From positions 682,001 to 746,000 of the forward strand of contig OZ316776.1 of NCBI GenBank assembly GCA_973851085.1: a DNA stretch of 64,000 nucleotides, given 5' to 3'. The DNA is from Ptychomitrium polyphyllum. Its lineage: Eukaryota. Shown here one piece after another: positions 63,958 to 64,000 of the stretch (position 1 is the stretch's first letter; each line of letters opens with the position of its first letter). The notes beneath the pieces were generated by a model that had not been told where the DNA came from, searched no databases, and worked only from the letters and a program-made list of their open reading frames with translations. A program made the translations under genes and the position numbers.

Positions 63958-64000
63958 CGCTGAAGGAGGAGGTGTGCAAGAGGAAGTGGAGGTGTGAGGC

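Overview
Gene-dense eukaryotic genomic DNA from a land plant. Intron style, gene repertoire and composition suggest a moss or other bryophyte (inference). It carries about 13 protein-coding genes, most of them spliced, which I rebuilt by hand from GT-AG signals: a plastid SAM-methyltransferase, a MIF4G-like+WD40 protein, a Y-family DNA polymerase eta, a coclaurine-N-methyltransferase-like protein, a CWH43/PGAP2IP-like membrane EEP protein, an intronless F-box/kelch-like protein, a DUF616 glycosyltransferase, a GDSL lipase, a DUF6817/TPR protein, an MFP1-like plastid coiled-coil protein, a small basic nuclear protein, a group-F (zinc-sensor) bZIP and a secreted 8-Cys protein. The clearest element missed by the ORF track is at 2.26-3.02 kb. 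There, two paralogous box C/D snoRNAs with a guide complementary to 25S rRNA appear to sit in the intron of a non-coding host transcript, just downstream of a telomere-like hexamer array and a TATA-like box. Other highlights are a Pol eta that looks fungal-type and carries duplicated PIP-like motifs, the unusual MIF4G-like/WD40 fusion, an EEP domain lacking the canonical catalytic His, and a possible spliced antisense transcript across the F-box gene. All family assignments come from motif recognition; no database search was run.
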